A stretch of DNA of 63,335 nucleotides, counting the filler, from Lenisia limosa (Eukaryota; Protista; Breviatea): the NCBI GenBank assembly GCA_001655205.1. It is 11 parts of 11 records of this genome, joined end to end, with 100 filler letters (N's around TTAATTAATTAA, not from the genome) between each part and the next. Parts side by side here need not be neighbours in the genome. Positions count along the whole stretch, not along the records: positions 23,330 to 45,837 come from LPNZ01002850.1; positions 45,938 to 47,399 come from LPNZ01005227.1; positions 47,500 to 50,235 come from LPNZ01002762.1; positions 50,336 to 52,018 come from LPNZ01008896.1; positions 52,119 to 63,335 come from LPNZ01011012.1; 6 more parts are not named here. One strand, written 5' to 3'. Position 1 is the first letter of the stretch. Each line of letters starts with the position of its first letter. The position numbers and the translations under genes were made by a program. Shown one piece after another: positions 40,871 through 52,925 of the stretch. The notes beneath the pieces were generated by a model, which worked only from the letters and a program-made list of their open reading frames with translations, was not told the DNA's origin and did not search any database.

Positions 40871-42235
40871 TTACTCCTTGACTATGTCGGCAGCAATCTC
40901 GCCTGCCCAGTTCTCAACCTAGAAAAGTCAACGCTGAGTTGAATATGTGTAAACGACTCGATGTTATTAGTACCTTTACGCCATTCTTCATCGAAATTTC
41001 CTTCATCCCCCCCCCCCCNNNNNNNNNNNNNNNNNNNNNNNNNNNNNNNNNNNNNNNNNNNNNNNNNNNNNNNNNNNNNNNNNNNNNNNNNNNNNNNNNN
41101 NNNNNNNNNNNNNNNNNNNNNNNNNNNNNNNNNNNNNNNNGCAATTAGTCAGTTACCATTTAGCTACAATAATTTGGAGCAAATTGGATCTTTACCACTG
41201 TGGCCTACTTCTGAAAGCTCTGAACTTCATCAAGAACTTGGTGGGAGTGGGGTACCTAAAAGAGATCATTTGTGGACAATTGGTACCGATGAGGTACTTA
41301 GGATAACTTAGTTCTTAAGGTTACAAATGAGAATAGTAAAATAAATACACTTGCGCCACTTATGCTGTGTTATAAATATAAAGCCAACGAAACATATTCC
41401 CCTCCATCCCCAATACTTAGTGTACGCAATGTGTCCAGCAAACGACCTTTGGTAATCAGGAACACGGCTCTTTTGGGTGAAAAAGAAGGTAAAATGTGCT
41501 CATAAAGAACTGTTAACCAGATCATGATGTCTCCCCCCCGATTTCTCTGCTCACATCCGGAGTTAGACGAGGGATTTGAGCGAGGTATTCGGCCTCCTTG
41601 ACCAGACTTTCCTTGTGGAGGCCTGCAGCAGCTCCGGAGACAGAGAAAAATCCAAATTTGGAGTCCTTGGGTGTCAGGCAGATGTTATTAAAACTTCCTT
41701 CAAAATATAAATAATAACCACAACCTCATACAGATAAATCAACAGTTTTCAGAAATTTCTCAATTTCAGGGCCATGAGTGTCGTGGTAAATTGGGGCGCC
41801 GATAATAACAGCCTTTTGTGTTAGCAAATAAGAGGTTTATCCGGATACTTTTGAATTTAGATTTAGCTGGAATATTAATCATCATCCAATACAGGCCTGA
41901 GGCAAACAAGAGAAAGGTTGGGGAAAGGAGTCTATATGATTGCTATAATGATACGAATCAAAAGGAATCATGTTTGTTCGACAAAATAGCTTGCTTGAGT
42001 ACCCCACGGAGCCTCCCCTGCTAACATCAAATTCCGAAGTATCAAGTTTAGGTTTGGAAGGCTCCAGGGCGTCAGAAACGTTCATAATTGGGCCAGCTAC
42101 CACATTTTTTGCCTTGAGGGATGCGCCAATGGTTTCAGCAATTTTTTTGGTGAGTCCAAAGCGAGAATTATAGAAGATAGCGACCTAAGAAGGGATAAAC
42201 CAAACCAAATTTGAACCAAATACCTTTGAAGCCAT
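40871..42235 (-). CDS. HemG-like long-chain flavodoxin (Flavodoxin_5 type), at least 7 spliceosomal introns
   Basis: Spliced product: MASK|VAIFYNSRFGLTKKIAETIG...EFD|AVIIGAPIYHDTHGPEIEKFL...|DSKFGFFSVS...TPD|...FAGHIAYTK|YPTPTKFLMK...EEWRK|VENWAGEIA. All HemG/Flavodoxin_5 blocks occur in order. The junction after TPD is uncertain and one stretch is N-masked. Confidence 0.82.
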
Positions 42236-42453
42236 TGTGTGCTCTAACAACTTGTGGGTGTGTGTGGTTTATTCTTTCTGGTTGGTTTGCAAGGACAACA
42301 ATAAAAAGACCACAACCACAGCAAACATCGGTGATAATATCGAAATATTTCGGTGAATTACTGGTTTGAGAAAAAACAGGCTACCAGGAGTCTTGCTAGA
42401 CAGACAGACAGACAAAGCGTTGACTCAGCTGATATCACTCCCCATTAGACAAA

Positions 42454-45330
42454 ATGGGCTGTAAGCCCAGCAAAAAAGGCGAGTCTAGTACTCCAATGAT
42501 TGAGGAACCTGATATAGCGCAGAGTCACATCCCACAGCTTCACTCTTATGATCATCAGAAGCGTTATATAATGGATCCGGGTACTGGGTCGATTATTTCT
42601 CCAATGCGTGAAACAAGTAAGCCCTTTTCTCAATCCTTCTCTGTTCTCCTCTTCTTTGACAAATTAGGTGACGGTGAATCTGAAATATCAATGGATAGCG
42701 TCTCAGACTCAGACTACGAAGAGTAAGTCGGGGATGTCTTCATCTTTTTTAATGTTCATATGAATTCTATTATTTCAGCAGTGGGATTAGTATTAAAAAG
42801 CAATGTTTCCATTAATGTTCTTATTCTGCTTGCAGGGACACATACAAGGTTATTATGACAACATCACCGGATACTGGTGATGAGACGGAGTATCTGGTTC
42901 TTAGAGAGATTGGAAGAGGCTCTTTTGCGAGGGTACGATTGGGCAGTGATATTTTCCAACCTGTTTTAAAGGAGAATCATATGTGACTTGCGGTTTCATA
43001 TGGTCAGAAGAGTAGCACAAAGTATCAATATTAATCTTGATTATTGTTTACAGAAGAAATTCAGTCTTTGTTTTTGAGACTTGTTTGTGATACCGCAGGT
43101 GAAGCTCTGTGTAAATGTTCAAACACGCGAAGAATTAGCTGTGAAAGTTTGTTTTTTAATGGTAGGAGTTATCCTCTAGATTTATCCACATCACTCTTTG
43201 CGAAAGCGGTCTTTTCATCAGGTAGGAATTGGTGTTCTTTCTGGAGTTTACTTTCGCTAGGGCTCTTCCTTCGAAGATGTGCGCAGAGAAATAGCCATAC
43301 TTCGTAAAATGAACCACCCCAATGTGGTTCGTCTTCACCAAGTGGTGGATTCGCCCGACACTTCAAAACTCTATCTCTTTTTTGAGTATCTTGCTGGTGA
43401 GCAAGCTGCCACTTGATCACTTGACTATCTAGGCGGCGCCATCTTGACAGGCCAACCAATACAGGATCCTCTTCCTCTTGACCGTGTGAGAATGTAAGAT
43501 TTCAAGTTAAAATTCACGATTCAGCTACATGAGGGATCTTCTCCAAGGAGTTCACTACTTGCATATCAACAACATTGTCCACAGGTTGTGCTCCTCTGAC
43601 TTTTCGGCTCATATCTCTAGGGATATTAAGCCGGAGAACCTCCTTCTCAGTGCTGAAGGAATCTTGAAAATTACAGATTTTGGAGTAAGTCATATTTTAC
43701 TCCATGATGACGACCCTCTACCCAATTGCGCAGGTAATATTATTTACTGTGTTTATTGAGTTTATTGAATAGGAACCCCTGCATTCCTTGCCCCCGAGAT
43801 TTGTTTTCCAGAAGAAGACAATGTTCCAATACAAGGTAAAGTTGACTTTTTCTTTACTCCCAAGGCAAAGCAATTGATATGTGGGCGGTTGGAATCACGA
43901 TGTACTTCTTCATCTTTGGACGGGCTCCTTTCAATGCTGGTTNNNNNNNNNNNNNNNNNNNNNNNNNNNNNNNNNNNNNNNNNNNNNNNNNNNNNNNNNN
44001 NNNNNNNNNNNNNNNNNNNNNNNNNNNNNNNNNNNNNNNNNNNNNNNNNNNNNNNNNNNNNNNNNNNNNNNNNNNNNNNNNNNNNNNNNNNNNNNNNNNN
44101 NNNNNNNNNNNNNNNNNNGCAAAGAGAATAAACATTTGTAGTTCTTAATGCCAACAGATTCGATACATGACGTCCTATCTCAAATTGTTGAAGATCAAGT
44201 GTACATACCGGAAGATATGAAGGTAATCAATTTATGTCACCTTTACACTTTAGCTGCCTGACGGAATGGAAGAGTTCTTACTGAAACTACTCTGTAAAGA
44301 TTCTACTCAGAGACTTACTATTGAAGAAGCGCTGGTTTGGGATGGTTGAAATGAAGCTGATTTTCTGTAGATAGACCCTTGGATCACAGCTAATGGGGAA
44401 GAACCAATAACAGAACTGACAAAAGCATTTTCTCGTATTGAGATTAGGGAAGACGATATTTTGGCCTCGCTTTCCCATAATCCTTCACTTTCGGTAATAC
44501 ACCGTGACCACAAAAGCTTACCTGCAATTGAGTTCACTTTCACAACACCAGGTTTGCTTCTGGGATCTTTAATTTTTGTTCGAATTTCTCTACTAGTATC
44601 TGATTTACAAAATATATCATATTGCTATTTATTTTTATTCTGGCCATAACCAATCGAAGTTGCCACATCAAGGCAACTTACATATGAGCCAAATTCGCAA
44701 TCTACGCAAGCGCTTGTTGGGCCGCAAACAAGAATGGGGCTTTTTGAAGGTTTGGATGGTATTGCTGTTTTTTTGACTTGCAGGCAACATTCTTGATAGC
44801 TACCTTGCTTCCAAAGCAAGCTTGAACGATGAGCTTGGCTCTCCGAAATCTTCTAAAAACTGGATGAGTCATTCCGGAAGTAGTACGAGGGTTTTTTTTT
44901 TTGACTATTCTCATCATGTAACTCTCATTATTCAGGCTTGGAGAGCTTCACCTCAGAACGTTCACAAGCAAGTTCGGTTCAACAGGCAATGAATAGACGG
45001 TTTGCCAGCATAGAAAAAACAACGCCAACCAAGGCTGCACGAATGGTAAGACTGGTTGGGAGAAATTGTACTTGTGTGAGTTTAATTCTTGCTACTCTAA
45101 TTCAATAATTAATGAGTTCGTTATCGCTCAGCGAATGACGTCGTTCAATGCCATTACGGAACAAGATGAAGCTTGCCATGAATATTCGGAAAATAAGAGA
45201 CGACCAATACTTCATATCGAGGTAAGGGAATGAATGGACTTATTGTATTGTTTGACTTTGTAACCATTTAGACTTTCATTTCAGCATCGGAAACATCAAG
45301 TGATCGTTTTCATGGTTTGCTGAATTTACT
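42454..45330 (+). CDS. CaMKK/GRIK-like Ser/Thr kinase with an N-terminal MGC acylation motif
   Basis: MGCKPSKK start; [64 protein letters not shown]|[17 protein letters not shown]|[24 protein letters not shown] and DPWIT. The 3' end is approximate. Confidence 0.88.
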
Positions 45331-45938
45331 TCCAAATATGTTATCACACAAATTATATGTAGTACAAGGTTGTAAATTTTTTTTGAGCCAATTATATCAT
45401 AGTAATATATCGATATATTATTCTTGTGTTTATAAGGCTTTTGCAACATCTAAAACATTTTTCGGTTTTGATTCTAAGAGGGCTTTTTGAGGGTTTTTTC
45501 AAGTATTTTGGAGGCGAAAATAGTTATAATACTAAATGGGTATTTTATTGAGAGCCACAGCTAAAAGCTTGACGATTGTAGATGAACAATCTATATCAAT
45601 TGGGTCACCTGCAGGAATTGTTGATGAGTAATTTAATTATTGTACTTGTTTTATTAAAGGTTTGTCTTTTCTTTTTCTTAACCATTTTAGAAGTTGAGTG
45701 AGCTTAATAAGAGATGTTTCAACCTGTTTCATTCGTTGTATAATATGAGTACTTTTTTTTTTCTCTATGTAATTTAGTATTTTTTCTTTTCCAGGAAAGA
45801 GTGAGGGAATGCATAATAAAACGGGGGAACAAGAAGCNNNNNNNNNNNNNNNNNNNNNNNNNNNNNNNNNNNNNNNNNNNNTTAATTAATTAANNNNNNN
45901 NNNNNNNNNNNNNNNNNNNNNNNNNNNNNNNNNNNNNA

Positions 45939-46054
45939 TGGGATGCGGTGCTGCAGAAGTGACTGGCTTGGGCTTTGTTTGTCGTGTTGTTAGCCAACGG
46001 TGTTGATTTTGGGCTTTTATGTTTCATAAATTTTTCAATTTACCCCCCCCCCAG
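45939..46054 (+). repeat. Most complete copy of the intron 3'-end repeat (family 3)
   Basis: GGGATGCGGTGCTGCAGAAGTGACTGGCTTGGGCTTTGTTTG...TAGCCAACGGTGTTGATTTTGGGCTTTTATGTTTCATAAATTTTTCAATTTAC, then a C-run and AG|exon. Homologous blocks lie at 17101-17265, 18086-18161, 46368-46579, 50660-50725, 51912-51993 and 59362-59487, and on the minus strand at about 46925-46967 and 47360-47399. Confidence 0.75.
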
Positions 46055-46660
46055 TCCCTTGTGCGTCTCAAGGAAGAAAGGGTCTTGCTAGCTGAGACCA
46101 CGACCCTCCTGAAGAAGGAGCTTAATGCCGCCTTGACGGTATGACTGAACTACTTGTCGGATGCAAGATTTATTACAATAATGGGATGTAAAGATCTGAT
46201 TGCAAGCAATTAGGGCTTCCCTCGTATCCGAAAATTATCGTTACTCTAAATATCTAAATATTTGATTTTGTGTGTGTGCTGTTTATTTTTGTTTCATAAT
46301 TTCTTTTTTTATTTGTCTTTCTTTTTTTTGGGTTTTGTTTCTTTTGATTCAAAACAGTACTTTACCTCTGGCCTGGGCCCTGTTTGTTTTTGTTATCACC
46401 CTGTGTGTGTTANNNNNNNNNNNNNNNNNNNNNNNNNNNNNNNNNNNNNNNNNNNNNNNNNNNNNNNNNNNNNNNNNNNNNNNNNNNNNNNNNNNNNNNN
46501 NNNNNNNNNNNNTTTGTTTTTTTATAATATACAATTTTCTAATTTTATCTAAGTTTTCCTATTTCACTCCTCCCTGCAGCCTCTCCTAGCCAACCCGCAG
46601 TACGGACTGGACGTTGGTCTGTTGCACCATCCCAACTCCCTGCTCTCCAAGGTGAGGGCA
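46055..46660 (+). CDS. Hypothetical exon fragments on a short contig
   Basis: AG/GT-bounded blocks SLVRLKEERVLLAETTTLLKKELNAALT and SLANPQYGLDVGLLHHPNSLLSK. No family recognised. Confidence 0.4.
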
Positions 46661-47711
46661 AAGTAGGTTATTTGAAAACATACTCTTGTCTCTTTGATAT
46701 TGTGCAAGTTTAATTTGGAGGTTGTGGTTGGTTTTCAGTTTTAGTTATGCGACGTTCTGCGTCCCAATTCCTTGCCGTTAGACAATGTTGTTTTACTGGA
46801 TATTAAATGATAATTAATTTCTCTTACCCCTCCCTCCCCCTTATCCACTGACTTGGTAGCTTGGCGACGGCTTGCTTTTGTTCCTCAACAAGCCGTCAGG
46901 ATGGCAAAATATCCGAGTGGGGTGGGGGTGTAAGATTGGAGAATTTATGAAACGTAAAGCCCAAAATGGAAGGGGGAAATGGTTATCAATATATTGGTCA
47001 CCTTTTTAGCCCCTTATGACCGGGGACGAATGGCCTTCTTGCCTCAACGATTCTGTTTCCAGAGCATCAAATCTTGATGACCTCGCAGTGGAGAGCCTCA
47101 AAGTGGGCGGCGTTTCAACCATTTTTGCTCAACTTTTGCTCAACTTTTGTTCATTTGTTCAACTTTTGCTACTTTGCGTTTCCCTAGATTTAATAAAGTG
47201 GGTGGGTGTTTCAATTCAACTAGGACTCCGTGTAAATATTTCTTCAACGGAATCCACAGCGATGCAATGTAGATTATATATCATATATGATAGGTATATA
47301 TAATGACGCTCTAGGCCTTCATTCTGACTGGGGACACTGCCACCACGAATCTCCTCTCAAAGGGCGCACGGGGTGCGGGGGGAGGGAAATTTATGAAACN
47401 NNNNNNNNNNNNNNNNNNNNNNNNNNNNNNNNNNNNNNNNNNNTTAATTAATTAANNNNNNNNNNNNNNNNNNNNNNNNNNNNNNNNNNNNNNNNNNNNG
47501 GGGGGAGATATCTTGATATCATATGTATTTGGAAATGAGAAATACAAAAGGAAGTGTCTGGCCGAAGCCGTCCACATCATGCTTCAAAGAGATATTGGAT
47601 TATAGTACTCATACTAATTCACCCCATCATTTAGAATAATACTATATATGATAGTGTTATGTCATATTGGTATGATATGTACACTTGGTGCCTTGTTAAA
47701 AAAAAAAAAGT

Positions 47712-47793
47712 TAACTTCAGTTTTGGAAAATATCGATAGCTTTCGAGGATTTATCGAGAAATTCAGTCTTTTTCGAACCGAAGTGAAGCCCTA
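47712..47793. mobile_element. MITE family 1 copy, left TIR decayed
   Basis: TTCGAGGATTTATCGAGAAATTCAGTCTTTTTCGAACCGAAGTGAAGCCCTA. Confidence 0.85.
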
Positions 47794-47859
47794 CCTTCAA
47801 TGCAACCCCAGCAAACGGAAATTGAAATGTTGTGCTTGTTTTTGAGTTTCCTTTCAAGC

Positions 47860-50230
47860 CTCTTGTTTGTCCTTGAGAGGTGGGCTCTCTGGAGGGTCAG
47901 TCTTCAAATGTTGCAGAAATTGGGCTGAAAAATACAGCGTATTAGTAGTAATGATAGGCAAATTGAGCCAACAGAGTTAAAACGAGATTTGGGTAATTAT
48001 TCGAATTCATTTGATGAATGGCACCTTTTTGATAATGGGTCATACCTATTAATATTAGCTTATCCATTATTGAACTGATACCTCCTTCACCCGAGGCAAC
48101 CTGCCTCCTTCACCAGACAAACCCGCGAGAGTTGGTACGCAGCCTCCTTCTTGAGCGGTGTGGTGATGATGAAAACGGACACGGCGAAGCAGAGCACCAG
48201 GATGAGAACTACTGTATCAGAGACAGGGCAAATTGCGGGGATTTCTCTGATCCGAAACCGTCCACATCATTACGCTTATAGAGATGTTTATAGTTATACA
48301 GTATATCAACCCACCCAATCATATGCCTTACACACAGCTTTCGGCGTGCCTTGGGATATAATCAGTTATTGTGATGCCCCCTTCCCACCCAGAGGAACAA
48401 CTATCAATTGAGCTCTGGACGTGCCATCCTCAATACTCTTCCGAGCCTCATCATCGTCAATCTAATGAGTCAATACACTGAGAGATATACAGAATTGCGA
48501 AAACAGACAAGGGAGTATCTGGCCAAAATCATACCCCCACCAAGGCAAGTAAGTACCACGGTTCATCAAAGGACTGATCAGCCCGGATAGCCACACGGTA
48601 CGCAGTGCCGTTACTGTTGAAGACCATTGCGCGCGTGTCACCGTCCTCCATTTCTTCGAGGTCTATATAGGGTGATTGCAAGATTGAAATGTATGGGAGC
48701 AGAAGGTGATTGGTATGTATTTGTATGAATGAGTGGTGGAACTACTACATATTTATTTAATCCAGATTTTGTAAAAAAAAAAAAAAAAAAAAAANNNNNN
48801 NNNNNNNNNNNNNNNNNNNNNNNNNNNNNNNNNNNNNNNNNNNNNNNNNNNTTGAATTGACAAGAACTTCGTTGTAAAGAGTTGTCAGGAGGGGGTCCTC
48901 GGAAGTGGCTATGACGACCCTATTGAAGGGGTCTGTTTGCTCTACCAACGACACGGACTGGGGGGTTGCCGACCGAATTAGCTGGCCAACCTGGATGATA
49001 AATGTATAGATCTGAGAATATTGTTTGCTTAAGAAATGAATAATTGCTCTTGTTATATCCAGGGCTTCACTTCAGTTCGGGAAAATATCGATAGTTTTCG
49101 AGGATTTATCGAGAAATTTAGTCTTTTTTTTTAAACCGAAGTGAAGCCCTAGTTATATCTTTTACCCCCCCCCCCCCACCTTATCCATAACGACAAAGCC
49201 GAGAGTGGTGTCGGAAGCTTCAATGAATCGAACCAATGCGTCGTCACCACCCATCAGAATATCGCCAATTACCAACAGCTAAATCATCAGAACACCATCA
49301 ATATATGAAACAGAGATTAAAAAGGTATTTGCCCGGAGCCTGCATTATTAACATTTAGTGACAAATTGCCTCGGCAGTTTGTTTAAATGTATCTCTGGAC
49401 AACTTGCCGTATTTTTTTGTTTTGAATATCTTGTGAAAGCCAAATGATAGACTATACATAAACACAATACAATCATTCAGTGTGCATACTGTATTCGAAT
49501 TTAGCTCCCCAGTATTCTAAAAATTCAAAATCCCCATACGTCTTTTGAGAGTTTTGTGACTTTGGCAGCATAAGAGTTCAGAAGAACGTGATTGCCTTTG
49601 TGAACACTAGTGGAAAACTAGGGTAATCAGGTCCTGTTTTTTTTGGTGCGGTTAAGCTTGCTTTTTACAAGACCCCCAACCAGTAAATACCTTGTATATT
49701 TCGTGCATATACAACGAAGGAATTTCGATGGAAAATATTGGCGTAAGGTTAATCATGAACCGAATAATATGACTCGAAACAAACAACAAACAAAAAAAGC
49801 AATAACACATGAAAGGAGGTGGGAGGGGCCCCTAATACTCTCAAAAAGCCACCACGTTCGAATCCCTGTTATTTTGTATCCAAAGAGTTTCACAAGACAA
49901 GTCTCAATGAGACTCTTCGTGGTAAATCCTCGTATTATCTTCGTTCATCATCTCATAGGAAGTCGACCGTGGATATGGGTCAACATTTCGACTCGAAAAT
50001 CGGTCATATGATCATTTCACATATGGATATTGGTCAAAATACTCTCCCAACCCACAAGATATTTCCCCTCCAAGATTGTAACTAATATTTTCCCAACCCA
50101 CCCCGGTCGACATCGGGGTGCCATCCATGGCATCCGGGTTGAGACTGACGACCGAGTCCATCCGCTCCAGAGTGCTGGTACAAGTTTCGGTAAATGATAC
50201 CCGGTCCGTTGTGCAATGCAATGTCTGCGG
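47860..50230 (-). CDS. Hypothetical single-pass membrane protein, 3' portion
   Basis: Exons LLVIGDILMGGDDALVRFIEASDTTLGFVVMDK, SLVEQTDPFNRVVIATSEDPLL and EDGDTRAMVFNSNGTAYRVAI, then a hydrophobic segment VVLILVLCFAVSVFII followed by TTPLKK. Confidence 0.45.
49060..49151. mobile_element. hAT-type MITE, family 1, with a perfect 8-bp TSD
   Basis: CAGGGCTTCACTTCAGTT...AACCGAAGTGAAGCCCTA flanked by GTTATATC on both sides (49052-49059 and 49152-49159). Confidence 0.92.
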
Positions 50231-50464
50231 GGGTGNNNNNNNNNNNNNNNNNNNNNNNNNNNNNNNNNNNNNNNNNNNNTTAATTAATTAANNNNNNNNN
50301 NNNNNNNNNNNNNNNNNNNNNNNNNNNNNNNNNNNTTTTTATGAAGTGCCCTTTTGGTTTGTTTAATATCGTATCTGAAGAAATGGATTGTTGTGCTATG
50401 GCTGAAAACACCTTTTTTTTTGTTTGTTTTTTTTCTCTTTGAAGTATATCATATCCATCTGACC

Positions 50465-51510
50465 CCCAGGTTTATGACTATGTGTTCGACAGAGCTGAGA
50501 AGAAATGGACTCTTTGGACTGAAACTGGCGTCGAGGTACCCGGGGGTGATATTGGGGTACCCTGGTGTGGGCTTTTTTTTTTGCCTCATGAATTNNNNNN
50601 NNNNNNNNNNNNNNNNNNNNNNNNNNNNNNNNNNNNGTTTTCCGATCCAAAAGGCAGTGTTTTACTTTGATTTTGGGCTTTTTTTTATTTGTTTGTTTAA
50701 TAAATTCCAAATTTACTCTCTCCAGATGGAACTGAACTCCTCGAAAGCAGTGCATGACGTCATCGTGCCAACTGTGGACACGATCCGTTACACCTTCCTT
50801 CTCGATCTTCTCATGAACAACGGTCACCATGTTCTTTGTACCGGTTCAACTGGTGGGCCAAAGATGTGATCAAAATATATGGATACAAATGAGTATATAT
50901 CACTTAGTATCTATACAGTATTTTGATAAAATATAATGAATAAATATATGATATATCGTATCATATATTATATATTCTATGGATAAAATATATGAATACA
51001 AGCAGATGTCGTGTATGTATTCCAGCACTAAACTCCCTAAGGGACGGGCAAATCGGTCACTATCCGGCAGAAGCTGCTCCATGGAATGAGCAAAACGTTC
51101 CTTCCCATGTTCGTCAACTTCAGTGCTCAGACATCCGCCAACCAAACACAGGATATTATCGATTCGTGGGGGGGAGGGTTTATTCTACAGTGACCAGTAA
51201 GTCTTGACCGAGTTGCTATGTGATTTCCCAAGGAAAACAGGTCAAGACTTATCCCGGTCAAGTTAGCTATGTATTGAGAGGGGGCCAAACTCCAGTTACC
51301 CGTAAGTGTTGACTTGACTTTGGTCACATCACCCCTTTTTTTTGCTTCCAGGGAACGTCATCATCATTTTCCCCTTAACAACGCCTGACAACACGCAGCC
51401 GACTGGAGCGTCGTCGTAAGGCCGTATCGGCCCCTCCACCAGGCAAGAAACAGATTGTCTTTGTTGACGATATTAATATGCCTGCTCCTGATGAGTATGG
51501 AACTATGGTA
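50465..51510 (+). CDS. Axonemal dynein heavy chain, inner-arm type, AAA2-AAA3 fragment
   Basis: [41 protein letters not shown]|TGKSV (P-loop), [18 protein letters not shown] and RLERRRK...[17 protein letters not shown]. Confidence 0.93.
51188..51263. mobile_element. MITE family 2 copy
   Basis: TA|CAGTGACCAGTAAGTCTTGACC...GGTCAAGACTTATCCCGGTCAAGT|TA. Confidence 0.85.
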
Positions 51511-52118
51511 GGAGAGGGGTAGATATGCTATGGGGGATTAGCAGATTCCAATAGCTCCCTGCTAATGGTATGTATTTGGTCGTTTCTTTTACCCAAAAAC
51601 GTCCAAAACACAAGACATCCACATATTCAGTGCTCCAGATAAATAGCTTCAGGAATATCTTACTTTTGTTTTCGAGCCTATCTTCTCGTACCTATTTTTG
51701 AGACTCCTTCAATTTGAAATTTTGGCTCACATATATTTAAAAAATTTTAAGCTTCGGTGCCTGCTTGTAATTTTGCGCCATGCCTCGTAGATGTGAACCT
51801 GTTATTCGTGCTTATGAAGGTTCTACCAAATATTAACAATCGATTTCCGTGGTATTTTTTTTATTCTTTCTTGTTCATGAAGACATTAATAAGAGGACGT
51901 TTTCGACGCCCTCAGCCAACAGAGTTGTTTTTGATTAATAGTATCTTTATTTTTTTGTTTCATAAAATTTCCCAAATTTCCAAGATTATTCAGTTCGTGA
52001 TTAGTACCGTTACACCAANNNNNNNNNNNNNNNNNNNNNNNNNNNNNNNNNNNNNNNNNNNNTTAATTAATTAANNNNNNNNNNNNNNNNNNNNNNNNNN
52101 NNNNNNNNNNNNNNNNNN

Positions 52119-52674
52119 TTCCAGGAGCCATAACGCGATGGTGATGTCTCGTCGTGACACAGACTCCTCCTTAAGGATGTCGAGAAGGGGGGCCACCCCA
52201 CCGCGGTCGTGGAAGAATGTCGACAGATATGCTGCCGATGTGAGGATGGAAATGTAACAGCACAACAGTCTTTGATGAATGGGATAATACCATGAAGGAA
52301 ACTCTTTGTATTATTTAGCTTTCATGACTGTAGTGCCTGCTTTGTTCTGCTTCTTTTAGATAGGAATATAAAACCTGCCATATGGATTGAAATGATAACT
52401 TGAACGATCCTGGAGAACAGAAAGGGAAACAACCAGAAAACTGGCGTTTTCAAGCAACAACTAATATAAAAATAGATTCCAATACTAAAGAGTGTCGGTG
52501 GTGGAAAGGCCTACTCCATTTTTCGTCTGCAGAGGGGATGGCAGAGTATTCTTCGGATACTGCCACAAGATTTAGCGGTAAATAGACTGTTTCTTCTTTT
52601 TGAAGTTCAGCAGAGAGCATTGCAGCCTCTGAGGAGCCTTCGGAGCTATGAAACCATTTCAACAAATGGGCCAT
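52119..52674 (-). CDS. Hypothetical protein, 5' exons, possibly ARM-like, truncated
   Basis: ORF MAHLLKWFHSS...FHHRHSL ends at a donor. The next exon reads AYLSTFFHDRGGVAPLLDILKEE...IALWLLE up to the gap. Confidence 0.4.
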
Positions 52675-52925
52675 TGTTTAAAATTAAGGGCTGATAATTG
52701 CTTCTAATCAAATAATATTTATTTACACGAATTCAGAGAGTGAGATTTCGAGTTTGTTTGAGCCAAAAATACTACGGCGGCGACTACTTATCTCGCCTTT
52801 TTTGGTTCCATTCTTCCTCTCAACGCGTTAACACAACCTCCAAAAACTATAATAAAACGATTAAACGGTGTTAAAATACCTAGAATAAAATGGCCCCCTA
52901 GATCATCAATTGAACAATGTCTATG

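Noticed and set aside
3159-52118. Recurrent TTAATTAATTAA palindrome as a biological motif or recombination site
   Set aside because: It is always centred in exactly 44+44 N with six-frame stops, so it is an assembly linker. Gene neighbourhoods across it were not interpreted.
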